From Candidatus Cloacimonadota bacterium (lineage in GTDB: Bacteria; Cloacimonadota; Cloacimonadia; G963667145), in assembly GCA_963667255.1 (NCBI GenBank), contig OY762940.1:256001-320000 (forward strand): 64,000 nt of DNA. Direction: 5' to 3'. The notes under the pieces are model-generated. The model had not been told where the DNA came from and made no database searches. It was given only the letters and a program-made list of their open reading frames with translations. The position numbers and the translations under genes were made by a program. Positions within the stretch are counted from its first letter, which is position 1. Each line of letters starts with the position of its first letter. Below are positions 40,696 to 51,020 of the stretch, in pieces.

Positions 40696-41438
40696 TATTT
40701 TGCCCCCTTATCTCTTATCAATCCTATAGGGTAAACAGGCAACATCTCTTTTTTTGCCCAATTCGTTGCTTCCACAGCATCTTTGCCCCAATTAGTCGGG
40801 CAAGTTGAGATGAGTTCTACCAAGGAAAACCCCTTCCGCTCTTTATTGTATTGCAGAGCTTTTTTCACCGCTTTTTTAGCTTTGATAATGCTTGGGGCGT
40901 CCAAAAGTGAAACTCTCTCTATAAAAACTGGAGCTTCCAAAGAATCTATCAGTTCACACACTTTGATAGGATAACCCACATCATTTACATCCCTACCATA
41001 TGGAGAAGTCGTAGCTTTCATTCCTGCCAAAGTAGTCGGAGCCATTTGTCCGCCCGTCATGCCATAAATAGCATTATTGATAAAAAATACGGACATATTT
41101 TCGCCACGATTGGCAGCATGAATAATCTCGGCAGTGCCTATAGCTGCCAAATCACCATCTCCCTGATATGTGAACACAATAGAGTCAGGTCTGGAGCGAG
41201 ATATTCCCGTGGCAACAGCAGGAGCTCTACCATGAGCAGCAGAGGTAAAATCACAATTAAAAAATCGGTAAGCAAATACAGAACAACCTACCGGACAAAC
41301 TCCAATACATTTTTTCGTAATGCCCAATTCGTCCATACTCTCGGCAATCAACCTGTGAGCAACACCGTGTAAACACCCGGGACAGTAGGTAAATTGTCTG
41401 TCAGAAAGAGCTTTAGGTCTTGTAGCAATGATTTTCAT
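40695..41438 (-). CDS. 2-oxoacid:ferredoxin oxidoreductase beta (TPP-binding) subunit
   Basis: YCPGC, PVGC, HGRA, GDGD, YGMTGGQ, CPTNW. Confidence 0.92.
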   Translation of the reverse strand: MKIIATRPKALSDRQFTYCPGCLHGVAHRLIAESMDELGITKKCIGVCPVGCSVFAYRFFNCDFTSAAHGRAPAVATGISRSRPDSIVFTYQGDGDLAAIGTAEIIHAANRGENMSVFFINNAIYGMTGGQMAPTTLAGMKATTSPYGRDVNDVGYPIKVCELIDSLEAPVFIERVSLLDAPSIIKAKKAVKKALQYNKERKGFSLVELISTCPTNWGKDAVEATNWAKKEMLPVYPIGLIRDKGAK

Positions 41439-42526
41439 TATTTCACCTCCCCAAGCTTACTATCTACATAATTCTTTACATCATCGGGAGTAAAAACCAT
41501 GCCTCCACTTCTGCCGTAAAAATCGACTTTTGTCATTCCTTCAATAGCCAAACGCACATCCTCTACCATTTGCCCTTTGGAAAGTTCAACAACAAAAACC
41601 TTTTTGACATTTTTGGCAGCTTTTTTGATGGCATTATAGGGGAAAGGCCAAAGAGTTTTGGGACGAATGAGACCTACACTTTTCCCTTCTTCTTTATACA
41701 TCTCAACAACTGTCTTAGCTATACGACCAGATGTCCCGTAAGCAACAAACAGGATTTCGTTGTCATTGCTAATGTTATCTTCCTCCCAGTCAGTTTCATT
41801 TCTGGCAATAACATCGTATTTCTTATATAGTGCTTCTACATTTTCTTCAAGTTTTTGGGGGTCAATCTCAAAAGATTTGATAACATTTTTGTCACTGTTG
41901 TCTTCTTCATCTCGCGGATGCATACACCAACTTTTATGCTGTTCCCTCAACGCCTTAATCTCATCGTCAGTCTTCATCGGAGGGAAGTCCGTCGGCTCCA
42001 TCATCTGCCCAATAAGACCATCAGTCAATATCATCACGGGAATCCTATACTTATCTGCCAAATCAAAAGCTTTGAACATCATATCCGCAGACTCTTGCAC
42101 AGATGCAGGTGCTAAAACTATCAAGTGATAATCTCCATGTCCACCACCCTTAGTAGCTTGAAAATAATCGGATTGAGCAGGTTGTATATCTCCAAGTCCT
42201 GGACCACCTCTAACCACATTTACAAAAACAAATGGCAAATGAGCTCCAGCACAATAAGAGACTCCTTCCATTTTGAGAGAAATCCCTGGGGAAGAAGAAG
42301 AGGTCAAACACCTAATACCGCAACCGGCAGCACCGTAAATCATGTTGATAGCAGAAATCTCGGATTCCGACTGTATAAATTTGCCTCCGCACTTTGGCAA
42401 CATTTTAGCCATATATTCAATAAGTTCACTTTGAGGAGTTATAGGATATCCAAAATAATTTCGACATCCGGCTCTCAAAGCAGCCTCTCCCAAAGCTTCA
42501 TTGCCTTTCATCAATACCTTAGACAT
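41438..42526 (-). CDS. vorB: 2-oxoacid:ferredoxin oxidoreductase alpha subunit (VorB-type)
   Basis: KGNEA, GYPITP, SSSPGISL, RGGPGLG, KGGGHGD. Confidence 0.85.
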   Translation of the reverse strand: MSKVLMKGNEALGEAALRAGCRNYFGYPITPQSELIEYMAKMLPKCGGKFIQSESEISAINMIYGAAGCGIRCLTSSSSPGISLKMEGVSYCAGAHLPFVFVNVVRGGPGLGDIQPAQSDYFQATKGGGHGDYHLIVLAPASVQESADMMFKAFDLADKYRIPVMILTDGLIGQMMEPTDFPPMKTDDEIKALREQHKSWCMHPRDEEDNSDKNVIKSFEIDPQKLEENVEALYKKYDVIARNETDWEEDNISNDNEILFVAYGTSGRIAKTVVEMYKEEGKSVGLIRPKTLWPFPYNAIKKAAKNVKKVFVVELSKGQMVEDVRLAIEGMTKVDFYGRSGGMVFTPDDVKNYVDSKLGEVK

Positions 42527-42534
42527 TTTCCCTC

Positions 42535-42738
42535 CTATTTTTCTATAGTTATTGCCACATCAGGACAAACCTGATAACACATCTTACAGGCAATACACTG
42601 AGACTGATCTGTGCATTCCGCATAATGATAGCCTTGTTGATTTATACCTTTGGAAAAAGAGATTAACTTCTTAGGACATGCCGCCATACACAGACCACAT
42701 CCCTTGCAATAAAAGGGATCAACTGTCATTTTCGCCAT
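42535..42738 (-). CDS. 2x[4Fe-4S] ferredoxin-like delta subunit
   Basis: CKGCGLCMAACP and CIACKMCYQVCP; GGAGG RBS. Confidence 0.92.
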   Translation of the reverse strand: MAKMTVDPFYCKGCGLCMAACPKKLISFSKGINQQGYHYAECTDQSQCIACKMCYQVCPDVAITIEK

Positions 42739-42873
42739 ATTATCCTCCAATACTCAATTAAAATCTGCCTATCTTTTGGATTACTAATGTGAAAATGTCA
42801 AGTCAATATTTTTTGAATTTACATTGTGGAACTAATTTTATACAGCTAATTAATTGATTTTCTTGGAGATATC

Positions 42874-42904
42874 AGAAAGTTCTCATAAGAGAACTTTCTT
42901 TTTA
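42874..42904. terminator. Perfect 11-bp hairpin downstream of recX, terminator-like
   Basis: AGAAAGTTCTC-ATAA-GAGAACTTTCT; the T-run is on the + strand, so direction is ambiguous. Confidence 0.55.
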
Positions 42905-42916
42905 TCAAAATATAAA

Positions 42917-43555
42917 CTACTGTAAATTCCCCGAACTCTCCGCTATTTTTTTGCCCAACAAGTAGGCAACCTGCTCAAAACGGAAACCTCTGCGATGTAG
43001 CCAAGCAAGGCATTTTTGCTTCATTTTTGCCTTAGGGAATCTGCCGTATTTTTTGACAGCTTTTTGCACAGCCAACTCGACCACCGATAATTCATCTTTG
43101 TAAACTTTCGCCAGTGCCTCTTCGCACAGAGAAAACTCCAATCCGAAATATTCCATCCGCAAAAATGCCAACCCTTTAGCAATATTTTTGGCTTTGAGAG
43201 AGCGGGCAAAAGAGTAGGCAAACCGCTCCTGATTGATGAAGCCCAATCTTGACATCTCCCGAACCAAATCTTCGGCAATTGTCATATTGAGAGGCAACCT
43301 TATCAGATACTCAAGCGACTGCTTTTCGCACCGCTCCTGATAGCTGAGATATCGCAGAACTCGCTCTTTGGCAAAAGCGTAAGCCTCCTGTCGCAATTCT
43401 AACTCTTGGCTCGGAGAGACATCCCCCTGACGACTGCAGATAGCAAACAATTTATCCTGCGGAATCACGCCCAAAACAGCACCGTCCAACTCCACCTGCC
43501 ACAGCGTTTTCCTGCCAGCTTTCAGAAAGTAATTTACTTTGCTCAAACCAAACAA
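42917..43555 (-). CDS. recX: Regulatory protein RecX
   Basis: Directly downstream of recA; LRYLSYQER, GFINQERFA, LHRRGF; start uncertain. Confidence 0.8.
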   Translation of the reverse strand: MFGLSKVNYFLKAGRKTLWQVELDGAVLGVIPQDKLFAICSRQGDVSPSQELELRQEAYAFAKERVLRYLSYQERCEKQSLEYLIRLPLNMTIAEDLVREMSRLGFINQERFAYSFARSLKAKNIAKGLAFLRMEYFGLEFSLCEEALAKVYKDELSVVELAVQKAVKKYGRFPKAKMKQKCLAWLHRRGFRFEQVAYLLGKKIAESSGNLQ

Positions 43556-43566
43556 ACTCCGTGGAA

Positions 43567-44583
43567 TTACTCCAATCCCATCAGTTGTTTCACTTTAGTT
43601 TCCAACTCGGCAAGAAGTTCGGGATTTTCACTGAAGAACACCTTAACCTTCTCCATGCCCTGACCGAGCTTGACATCGCCGTAAGAAAACCAAGCACCAC
43701 TGCGTTCCACCAATTTCTCTTGAATTGCCTTTTCCAAAAGAATGTCCACATGCGAAATGCCCTCGCCATAAATGATGGGAAAATCAACCGTTTTGAAAGG
43801 AGGAGCTAACTTATTTTTGACAATCTTTACTTTGGTCTCCGCACCCACAACATCGCTGGAATTGGTGGCATCTTTTATCGCTTTGCCTTTTCGCACTTCC
43901 AGTCGCACAGTCGAATAGAACTTGAGTGCGACACCACCCGTCGTGGTCTCGGGATTCATATACGGATTAATCATTCCACCGATTTTCATCCTGACCTGAT
44001 TGATAAAAATGACCGCCGTTTTCGACTTGCTGATAGCACTGGTCAACTTGCGAAGAGCCTGACTCATCAATCGTGCATGCAAACCCACATGAGCGTCGCC
44101 CATTTCGCCCTCCAACTCTGCACGAGGAACAAGAGCAGCTACGGAATCCAAGATTATCAAATCGAGCGAATTGCTCCTGACCAAAGCCTCCATAATCTCC
44201 AAAGCCTGTTCCCCGCAATCGGGTTGCGACAACAAAAGCTCTCCGACATTCACACCGATTTTGCTCGCATAACTCGGGTCGAGTGCATGCTCAGCATCGA
44301 TAAAAGCAACCATTCCACCCTTCTTTTGAGCTTGTGCAGTGATATGCAGAGATAGCGTGGTTTTGCCCGAAGCCTCCAATCCATATATCTCGGTAATTCG
44401 TCCCTTGGGAATACCCCCAATGCCAAGTGCTGCATCCAGATTGAGTGCTCCCGTAGAAATGAAGTCAACTTTGCTTACAGCAGCCTCATCTCCCAGCCGC
44501 ATAATCGCTCCGGCTCCAAATCGCTTCTCCAGTTGTGCCAAAGTTTCGTCTAAATTATCTCTACCCATATTCTCTCTCCTCAT
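43567..44583 (-). CDS. recA: Recombinase A
   Basis: [47 protein letters not shown]. Confidence 0.98.
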   Translation of the reverse strand: MRRENMGRDNLDETLAQLEKRFGAGAIMRLGDEAAVSKVDFISTGALNLDAALGIGGIPKGRITEIYGLEASGKTTLSLHITAQAQKKGGMVAFIDAEHALDPSYASKIGVNVGELLLSQPDCGEQALEIMEALVRSNSLDLIILDSVAALVPRAELEGEMGDAHVGLHARLMSQALRKLTSAISKSKTAVIFINQVRMKIGGMINPYMNPETTTGGVALKFYSTVRLEVRKGKAIKDATNSSDVVGAETKVKIVKNKLAPPFKTVDFPIIYGEGISHVDILLEKAIQEKLVERSGAWFSYGDVKLGQGMEKVKVFFSENPELLAELETKVKQLMGLE

Positions 44584-44594
44584 TCCAATTTTTT

Positions 44595-44626
44595 CAGTAT
44601 ATGAAATACTGCCAAAAATTTGTCAA
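44595..44626 (-). promoter_or_regulatory. recA promoter: TTGACA (44621-44626) and palindrome CAGTAT-N5-ATACTG (44595-44611)
   Basis: Perfect 6-bp inverted repeat over the expected -10 region. Confidence 0.45.
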
Positions 44627-44692
44627 GCGTTAATTCTTGACAAGTGAGTCAAATAATAAATTTTTAGCAAAATGCTCTATATGGACTGAGAA

Positions 44693-45712
44693 ATGAGAAG
44701 AATATTGGTATTCGCTGTGTTAACTTTTGTCGGCAATTTATTTGCCTCGGATATCATTTTCCCAAAAAATGCTGAAGAGATTTTCTGCACAGTGATTGGT
44801 ATCTCCTCAAAAAAAGTGACTTACTATCAAAAAGAGTCCAAACTTCTGTATCCGATTTTCACAATTCCCAAATACAAAGTTAAGCATATTATGCTCGAAT
44901 CTGGGGAAAAAATAGTCTTCAAACAAAAGGTTCGCAAGCCAAAACCAAAGCCAAAGCCGAAACCTAAAATTGTTATAGATACTTTGCCCGTTGACACAAT
45001 AAAAATCGATACCATTGCAGCTAAAAATTTAATTCTTGATAGCATCAGACGAGTTGACAGCATAGAGGTTGAAGAGATTTTGAAAATCGAGATTCCCAAA
45101 AAACGAGAGCCGATAACTTGCCAAAATAGACGATTTTATTCCTTCTTTGCTGGATACGGAATTTCCAACTCTTCTTTTGAACAGTCTGGTGGCAACTATT
45201 CGTCACCCCTTAGCTCTTTTACGGCAGGAGCTTATCGCAATTTCAAATTCAAATCGCCCTTTGTCCTAAAATTTGGAACATTTCTCACCTATCGCAAGGG
45301 AGAATTTGAGGAAACAATCACCAATACTTCCGCTTCTTATTCTTACACCAAAGAAACCGTAACCGTTTCTGCACTTGATTTAGATTTCCCTGTGCTAATC
45401 AATTTCAGCTTCGATGCGGGTGAGTCCAAAAACTTCAGAATTTACACAGATTTGGGAGCAAGGCTCGGTGTTTCCTTGCTTCGCAAATATTCCAGTGATT
45501 TACTGGCAAAAAACTTTGCAACCGCTACTCCGAAGTATGCAAAAAACGAATTGAGCCTATTCAATGCGGGTGGAATAATCTCGCTTGGAGCGGAAATCAA
45601 TGGCAAATATGTAGTGGAAACCAAATACGATTTCGACATCACGAACAGATATAAAACAGATAACAAATGCAAATTCCAAAGCGGTTGGTTGGTGATAGGC
45701 TACAAATTCTAA
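44693..45712 (+). CDS. Outer-membrane beta-barrel protein with N-terminal domain and Lys-Pro linker
   Basis: Signal peptide; KPKPKPKPKPK; LDFPVL; C-terminal IGYKF. Confidence 0.7.
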   Translation: MRRILVFAVLTFVGNLFASDIIFPKNAEEIFCTVIGISSKKVTYYQKESKLLYPIFTIPKYKVKHIMLESGEKIVFKQKVRKPKPKPKPKPKIVIDTLPVDTIKIDTIAAKNLILDSIRRVDSIEVEEILKIEIPKKREPITCQNRRFYSFFAGYGISNSSFEQSGGNYSSPLSSFTAGAYRNFKFKSPFVLKFGTFLTYRKGEFEETITNTSASYSYTKETVTVSALDLDFPVLINFSFDAGESKNFRIYTDLGARLGVSLLRKYSSDLLAKNFATATPKYAKNELSLFNAGGIISLGAEINGKYVVETKYDFDITNRYKTDNKCKFQSGWLVIGYKF

Positions 45713-45789
45713 TCCAAATTGTAAAAAGCACTTGACCAAATTTTTGCTACTCCCAATTTTTCAGCAACAAATTTCAAGGAGTTAATCTA

Positions 45790-46272
45790 ATGAACATTAT
45801 TGTTGAAAAAATCAAAGTTCCCAACGAAACAAATATCATTTTCGGGATAAGTCACTTCATAAAATCGGTGGAAGATTTATACGAAGTGATAGTCAACACA
45901 GTGCCGACCGTGAAATTCGGTCTCGCCTTCAACGAAGCCAGCGGTCCGTGTCTGGTGCGTTTCGATGGCAACGACGAAAAGCTGATAGAGGTTGCCAAAG
46001 AAAATCAGAAAAGAATCGGAGCGGGACACACTTTCCTCATCGTCCTCAAAGACGCTTTCCCTATCAATTTTCTGCCGGGCATCAAAGCCTGTCGCGAAGT
46101 TGCCACTGTGTTCTGTGCTACTGCCAATCCCGTGCAAGTCTTGCTCGTGGAGAACGACGGAGGTCGCGGAGTCATCGGAGTTATCGACGGACTCAGCCCC
46201 AAAGGCATAGAGCTTGCACACGAGAAAAAGGAAAGAATTGACCTTTTACGCAAAATAGGCTACAAGAGATAG
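45790..46272 (+). CDS. Adenosine-specific kinase / DUF355 family protein
   Basis: SHFIKSVEDLYE, FNEASG, GAGHTF, FCATANP, GVIDG. Confidence 0.88.
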   Translation: MNIIVEKIKVPNETNIIFGISHFIKSVEDLYEVIVNTVPTVKFGLAFNEASGPCLVRFDGNDEKLIEVAKENQKRIGAGHTFLIVLKDAFPINFLPGIKACREVATVFCATANPVQVLLVENDGGRGVIGVIDGLSPKGIELAHEKKERIDLLRKIGYKR

Positions 46273-47844
46273 ATGAGCAATTATCGCGAAATCCCAGTCT
46301 CCAACCACATTCGTTACGGCAAAATCTACTCCTACTCACTGCTGGGGATAGATGCTTACCCTATCCAAATCGAAAGCGACATCAGGATTGGAATTGTTAA
46401 ATTTTCCATCGTCGGCTTGCCCTCATCGTCCGTAAAAGAGAGCAAGGAACGGGTCGCCGCAGCTATCAGAAATTCGGGATTTGAGTTCAAACCCTTCATC
46501 TACACGGTCAACCTCGCTCCTGCGGATTTGCCCAAAGACGGTGTCGCCACAGACTTGCCCATCGCCCTGTCCATCCTGCGAGCGTCCAAGCAGTTTCACT
46601 ACTCCAAGGACAAGAAATTTGCTTTTGTCGGAGAGCTTTCTCTGAACGGGAAATTGCGACCGGTCAAAGGTATCTTGCCCATGGTGATGCAAGCCAAAGA
46701 GAACAAACTCGATGCTATCATTATCCCCAAAGACAACGCCCGCGAGGCTTCCATCGTAAAGGGGGTCAACATCATCGGTGTGGAATCTCTGCGTGAGTGC
46801 GTGCAGTTTCTCCAAAAGGAAATCGTCATCGAGCCGACACCATTCAGCTTGGACAATACAAACCGTGCAGACCCGTATTTGCCAGATATGTTCGATGTGA
46901 AAGGGCAATTGCAAGTGAAAAGAGCTTTGGAGATTGCGGCTGCCGGTGGACACAATGTCCTGATGATAGGACCTCCCGGCTCGGGGAAAACTATGCTTGC
47001 CAAAAGGCTCACTTCCATTTTACCCGATATGGCTCTAGAGGAGATTTTGCAAACAACCAAGATTTACTCTATCGCCGGCAAACTGGTGAACAAAAACCAA
47101 AACATCATCTACTCCCGACCGTTCCGCTCGCCTCACCACACCATAAGCGACATCGCCCTCATCGGCGGAGGCTCGTATCCCAAACCAGGGGAGGTCTCTT
47201 TGGCTCACAACGGAGTTCTCTTTTTGGACGAATTGCCAGAGTTCAAAAAGAATGTTCTGGAAGTTTTGCGACAACCGCTTGAGGACGGAGAGGTCAGCAT
47301 CGCTCGTGCCAACTGCTCTCTCAGCTTCCCTGCCGATTTTATGCTCGTCGCCTCGATGAACCCCTGTCCGTGCGGATACTACGGCAGTAACATTCCCGGG
47401 CACGAATGCTCTTGCTCTCCGCTAGCTATACAACGCTACCGCTCCCGCATCTCCGGACCGCTCTTGGATAGATTTGACATTCACATAGAGGTCGGTGCTC
47501 TCAAGTATGAAGAGCTGGCTGCTCTGCCCAACGGCGAGAGTTCCGAGAAAATCAGAGAGCGAGTGAACAATGTCCGCCAAATGCAACGAGACAAGCTGGA
47601 AGGGATTTTCTCTAACTCCCAAATGTCCCCCAAACACATCAAGAAATATTGCCAAATCGACAAAGAAAGCTCCAAAATCTTGCAAACCGCCATCGAGCAA
47701 ATGGGACTGTCTGCCAGAGCTTACGACAAAATCTTGAAAATCTCTAGAACCATCGCCGATATGGAGGGCAAAGAGAACATCGAAGCTCATCACATCTCCG
47801 AAGCAATCCAGTATCGGAGCTTGGACAGGAAATTTTGGGAGTAG
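46273..47844 (+). CDS. comM: YifB/ComM Mg-chelatase-like AAA+ ATPase
   Basis: NLAPAD, GELSLNG, GPPGSGKTM, RSPHH, PGEVSLAHNGVLFLDE, NPCPCG; uninterrupted. Confidence 0.95.
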   Translation: MSNYREIPVSNHIRYGKIYSYSLLGIDAYPIQIESDIRIGIVKFSIVGLPSSSVKESKERVAAAIRNSGFEFKPFIYTVNLAPADLPKDGVATDLPIALSILRASKQFHYSKDKKFAFVGELSLNGKLRPVKGILPMVMQAKENKLDAIIIPKDNAREASIVKGVNIIGVESLRECVQFLQKEIVIEPTPFSLDNTNRADPYLPDMFDVKGQLQVKRALEIAAAGGHNVLMIGPPGSGKTMLAKRLTSILPDMALEEILQTTKIYSIAGKLVNKNQNIIYSRPFRSPHHTISDIALIGGGSYPKPGEVSLAHNGVLFLDELPEFKKNVLEVLRQPLEDGEVSIARANCSLSFPADFMLVASMNPCPCGYYGSNIPGHECSCSPLAIQRYRSRISGPLLDRFDIHIEVGALKYEELAALPNGESSEKIRERVNNVRQMQRDKLEGIFSNSQMSPKHIKKYCQIDKESSKILQTAIEQMGLSARAYDKILKISRTIADMEGKENIEAHHISEAIQYRSLDRKFWE

Positions 47845-47868
47845 TGGACATAATGAAAATAATTGCAT

Positions 47869-47922
47869 TTAGAACACTCATTTGGGTAACTAAATTTAAT
47901 GTGGCTTAGATGGTAGTTAGCA
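47869..47922 (+). repeat. Decayed short attC-like site
   Basis: TTAGAAC...CATTTGGGT / GCTTAGATG-GTA-GTTAGCA; the arms pair only with several G-T wobbles. Confidence 0.35.
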
Positions 47923-47942
47923 CCTATTTAGAAAAACAGAAC

Positions 47943-48518
47943 ATGAAGCTACCTATATTAAAAATAGAAAATTCGGATTTAGTTGAATTCATTAGTTATT
48001 GGTCAAAGCTCTATGACTACCCATTAGAATCACTGTATAACGAAAGAATTTCAAAAAAAGAATTCGATAACGAAGACCTTCAACAATTATTTATATGGAA
48101 AAATGGAATGAAATTAAGTACTGGAAAGCAAAAGTCATTTGAGGAGAAAATTTTATCTAAACGAAAGGTTATAAATGACTTAAAAGCAAAAGAAAACATT
48201 GAGCTAAAAGAATTTCAAAACCATTTCAACAACCTTTCTGCTGTTTGGAAAATATTCCTTCTACATATAATCAGACCAAACAAATTTCCGATTTATGACC
48301 AACATATTAATCGAGCATTTAACTATATTCATGGACTTGCCTTTCATAATATCTCTGCGAATTCAATGACCAATAAAAGCAAAGAAGAATTTTATTTCAA
48401 TACATATTTAGGATTTATTGAATCATTGGATGGTATTGATTTAAAAGCATTAGATGAAGCTTTTTTTGCATTTGGACAATTTATAAATACAAAAACATAT
48501 ATTCAAATGATTAATTAA
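47943..48518 (+). CDS. Hypothetical protein, possible HhH-GPD/OGG-like DNA glycosylase fold
   Basis: AT-rich ORF with LFIWKNG, FLLHIIRPNKFPIYDQHINRA, LDEAFFAFG. Confidence 0.5.
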   Translation: MKLPILKIENSDLVEFISYWSKLYDYPLESLYNERISKKEFDNEDLQQLFIWKNGMKLSTGKQKSFEEKILSKRKVINDLKAKENIELKEFQNHFNNLSAVWKIFLLHIIRPNKFPIYDQHINRAFNYIHGLAFHNISANSMTNKSKEEFYFNTYLGFIESLDGIDLKALDEAFFAFGQFINTKTYIQMIN

Positions 48519-48592
48519 TAACAGCCCCTAACAATTTGTAAACACAATTAAAGTAATATAATAAAACAAACTCAACCCCACAGGAGACCTCA

Positions 48593-49222
48593 ATGACCAC
48601 ATATTTGTATGTATTAGACACACTCGCTGACTGGGAAATCGGCTACATCACCGCTGAGCTGAATAGTGGTAGATACCTCGACAAAACAAAACCGCCAGCA
48701 CAGATAATCAAAATCGGCAACACCACCGAGCCAATCAAAACGATGGGCGGAATGGCTATTACCCCTGATGCAAGTGTCAGCGAAATTGCTTTTGAAGACG
48801 GAGATTTGCTGATTTTGCCCGGAGCAGAGACTTGGGCAGACGAGAGCCACACCAAAATTCTGGATATGGTCCCCGATTTGCTGAGCAAAAATGTAATCGT
48901 CGCCGCTATCTGCGGTGCTACTATCGCTCTGGCGAACAAGGGGCTTTTGGACAATAGAGCCCACACAGGCAACGACAAAGAGGTCTTGAAGATGTTTTGC
49001 CCAAATTATGCAGGCGAGAAGTTTTACATCGACAAGCCTGCAGTGACAGATGGAAACTTGATAACAGCCTCAGGACTTGCTCCGCTTGAGTTTGCCTACG
49101 AAGTATTCAAAAAAACATCCGTGATGAGACCGAAAACTTTGGAAGCGTGGTATCAACTATACGCAACCAAAGAAGCCAAATATTTCTTCGTTCTGATGGA
49201 GTCGCTGGGAGATGGGAATTAG
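48593..49222 (+). CDS. DJ-1/PfpI family (class I glutamine amidotransferase-like) protein
   Basis: ADWE, LILPGA, AAICGA, DGNLITA; AGGAG RBS. Confidence 0.92.
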   Translation: MTTYLYVLDTLADWEIGYITAELNSGRYLDKTKPPAQIIKIGNTTEPIKTMGGMAITPDASVSEIAFEDGDLLILPGAETWADESHTKILDMVPDLLSKNVIVAAICGATIALANKGLLDNRAHTGNDKEVLKMFCPNYAGEKFYIDKPAVTDGNLITASGLAPLEFAYEVFKKTSVMRPKTLEAWYQLYATKEAKYFFVLMESLGDGN

Positions 49223-49579
49223 ATGAGCAACATCAAACAATACAATCAACTCGACTTTTACACCAAAGTAGCTAATTTGCTGAAAGAATCTCGTAAAAGC
49301 GTTGTTCAAACTATCAACAAAACAATGGTTTGCACCTATTTTGAGATAGGACGAATGATTGTAGTAGAAGAACAAAACGGGAAAGAGCGTGCCGAATACG
49401 GGAAACAACAGACAGTGTCTGCTAAATCTGAAAATGCAATTATTTCAAAGGACAATTTGCAATTAAGCTGGTCTCATTATTTGTTGCTGATGCGAATAAA
49501 TAACTCCAACGAAAGAAAATTTTATGAAATTGAAAGTATTAATAATAATTGGAGCTTAAGAGTTAAAACAATTGATTGA
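49223..49579 (+). pseudogene. YhcG/DUF1016 pseudogene (N-terminal part, internal deletion, frameshift)
   Basis: Matches 51021-52043 at EQNGKERAEYG, LSWSHY and NWS.R, but lacks the GKGFS..N...MR segment and loses frame after SLR. Confidence 0.8.
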
Positions 49580-49712
49580 AAACAAGATGAATGAATAACT
49601 TTTCAATTGCAATTATTATCGAATAGAGAAAATCGGTTGACGGCTTTGTCCAACTTATGAATATCAACAATCGGATAATTAAATAGCTTAGAAACGCAAA
49701 AGGAAACCCATA

Positions 49713-50060
49713 ATGAAACGGAAACTTTTTTTAATCATCACGCTTTCTTTGTTCACACTGCTTTTCGCACAACAAGCCGGTAGCACCATCGGCAACAAGC
49801 AAATCGGAGACATCAATTTATACAACTATCGCAAAGCAGCCATAGTCCAGTTCCCGTCAAAGATTTTGGAAGTCGGCTCGGAAAATTTAGTCTTAGACCC
49901 CAGCACCGTAAAGTTCATGGACAAATATCTTATCTTTGCGAGCAAAGCCAAACTCAGCGGTCAACTCTTTTACATCTTGACCGAAGAGAAAGCCTACTAC
50001 TATTATATCTCAACATCTTACAACGATAAATTTCCGGTTATACTGGAGATAGAAGATTAA
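49713..50060 (+). CDS. Hypothetical exported protein
   Basis: Signal peptide, AAGGA RBS, TTGACG at 49637-49642, host-like C-rich codons. Confidence 0.6.
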   Translation: MKRKLFLIITLSLFTLLFAQQAGSTIGNKQIGDINLYNYRKAAIVQFPSKILEVGSENLVLDPSTVKFMDKYLIFASKAKLSGQLFYILTEEKAYYYYISTSYNDKFPVILEIED

Positions 50061-50081
50061 ATTCGATATAAAGGAAAATAA

Positions 50082-50147
50082 ATGCAACTACGTTTAGACT
50101 GCCAATTTGGACAAATAAACACAATTAAGGTTATGCGGAAGTTGTGT
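50082..50147 (+). repeat. Decayed short attC-like site ending in the core site that starts the next cassette
   Basis: ATGCAAC...GGTTATG-CGGAA-GTTGTGT; GTTGTGTGTA (50141-50150) is the exact reverse complement of TACACACAAC (50790-50799). Confidence 0.5.
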
Positions 50148-50205
50148 GTAATGCAATAAAAACACAGAAAACACTAAATACATAGACAAGAAGAAATTAC
50201 CTTAT

Positions 50206-50772
50206 ATGGAATACCAAGAAACTGGAAGATTTGGAAGAATAACAAAAAATCTCAGAAAACAAGGATTTGAATTAGAGATGAAAGAAATTCTTTACGACTC
50301 AAAAGATTTTCCTAAATTAAACAAGAAACTCCAAACAAAATACATTGCAACTGTAATGGATAGAATGGAAAATTCAATAGGAAAGAAAAATACGAAAAAT
50401 GTTTTGTTTTCTTGTGGAGTGCAATGTTGTGGAAAATCTTGGTCTAATTTTGTTAACGACATTTGGAAAAAATCTGAATCAATAGAAGAATTTATTAAAA
50501 ACTTAAATAAAGCAGAAGAAAAATACAGTACTTGTTTTTCATTTGACCGAATAAATAATTCAATATCAGTTTATAGAAAGAAGTGCATATGTGGCTTAAT
50601 AAATAAAGGAAACCATTTTGATGGCAATGCAAATTATTGTAATTGTAGCATTGGTCATATGTCAAAATTTTTCAATTCGGTTCTTCCCATTGATAATATC
50701 ACATTGAAACAAACAATTTTTAATGGAAACGACAAGTGTGAATGGGAAATAAAGATAATAAAACAAGAATAA
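50206..50772 (+). CDS. Cys-rich hypothetical protein (DUF6144-like)
   Basis: CGVQCC, KCICGL, YCNCSIG, CEWEI. Confidence 0.6.
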   Translation: MEYQETGRFGRITKNLRKQGFELEMKEILYDSKDFPKLNKKLQTKYIATVMDRMENSIGKKNTKNVLFSCGVQCCGKSWSNFVNDIWKKSESIEEFIKNLNKAEEKYSTCFSFDRINNSISVYRKKCICGLINKGNHFDGNANYCNCSIGHMSKFFNSVLPIDNITLKQTIFNGNDKCEWEIKIIKQE

Positions 50773-50792
50773 AGAAACAATAAAGCACATAC

Positions 50793-50923
50793 ACACAACA
50801 ATGTGTCATACGTAATGGCGGCGAAAGTGCAAACATCAAGTTTTGACTCTCGCATCAACTTCATCTCGGTTTGAAAATGAGGTGCTCCGAAATCCGCCAC
50901 TACGCATACACTAACCGTTATCT
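50793..50923 (+). repeat. 131-bp attC-like site A
   Basis: ACACAAC...GTTATCT; outer stem GTGT[C]ATACGTAATGGCGG / CCGCCACTACGCATACAC with an extrahelical C. Confidence 0.75.
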
Positions 50924-51020
50924 GCAAGCGGAAAACCAGCGACACAATCAACACAAAAAAAGATTTATTAGGAGTCGAAAAAAATAAAGTAACTTTGAAG
51001 ACTAAAATTTCGGAGAGCAT

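Noticed and set aside
46273..47844. comM interrupted by an integrative element
   Set aside because: The ORF is full length; no integrase or duplicated comM 3' end was seen at the far side of the island.
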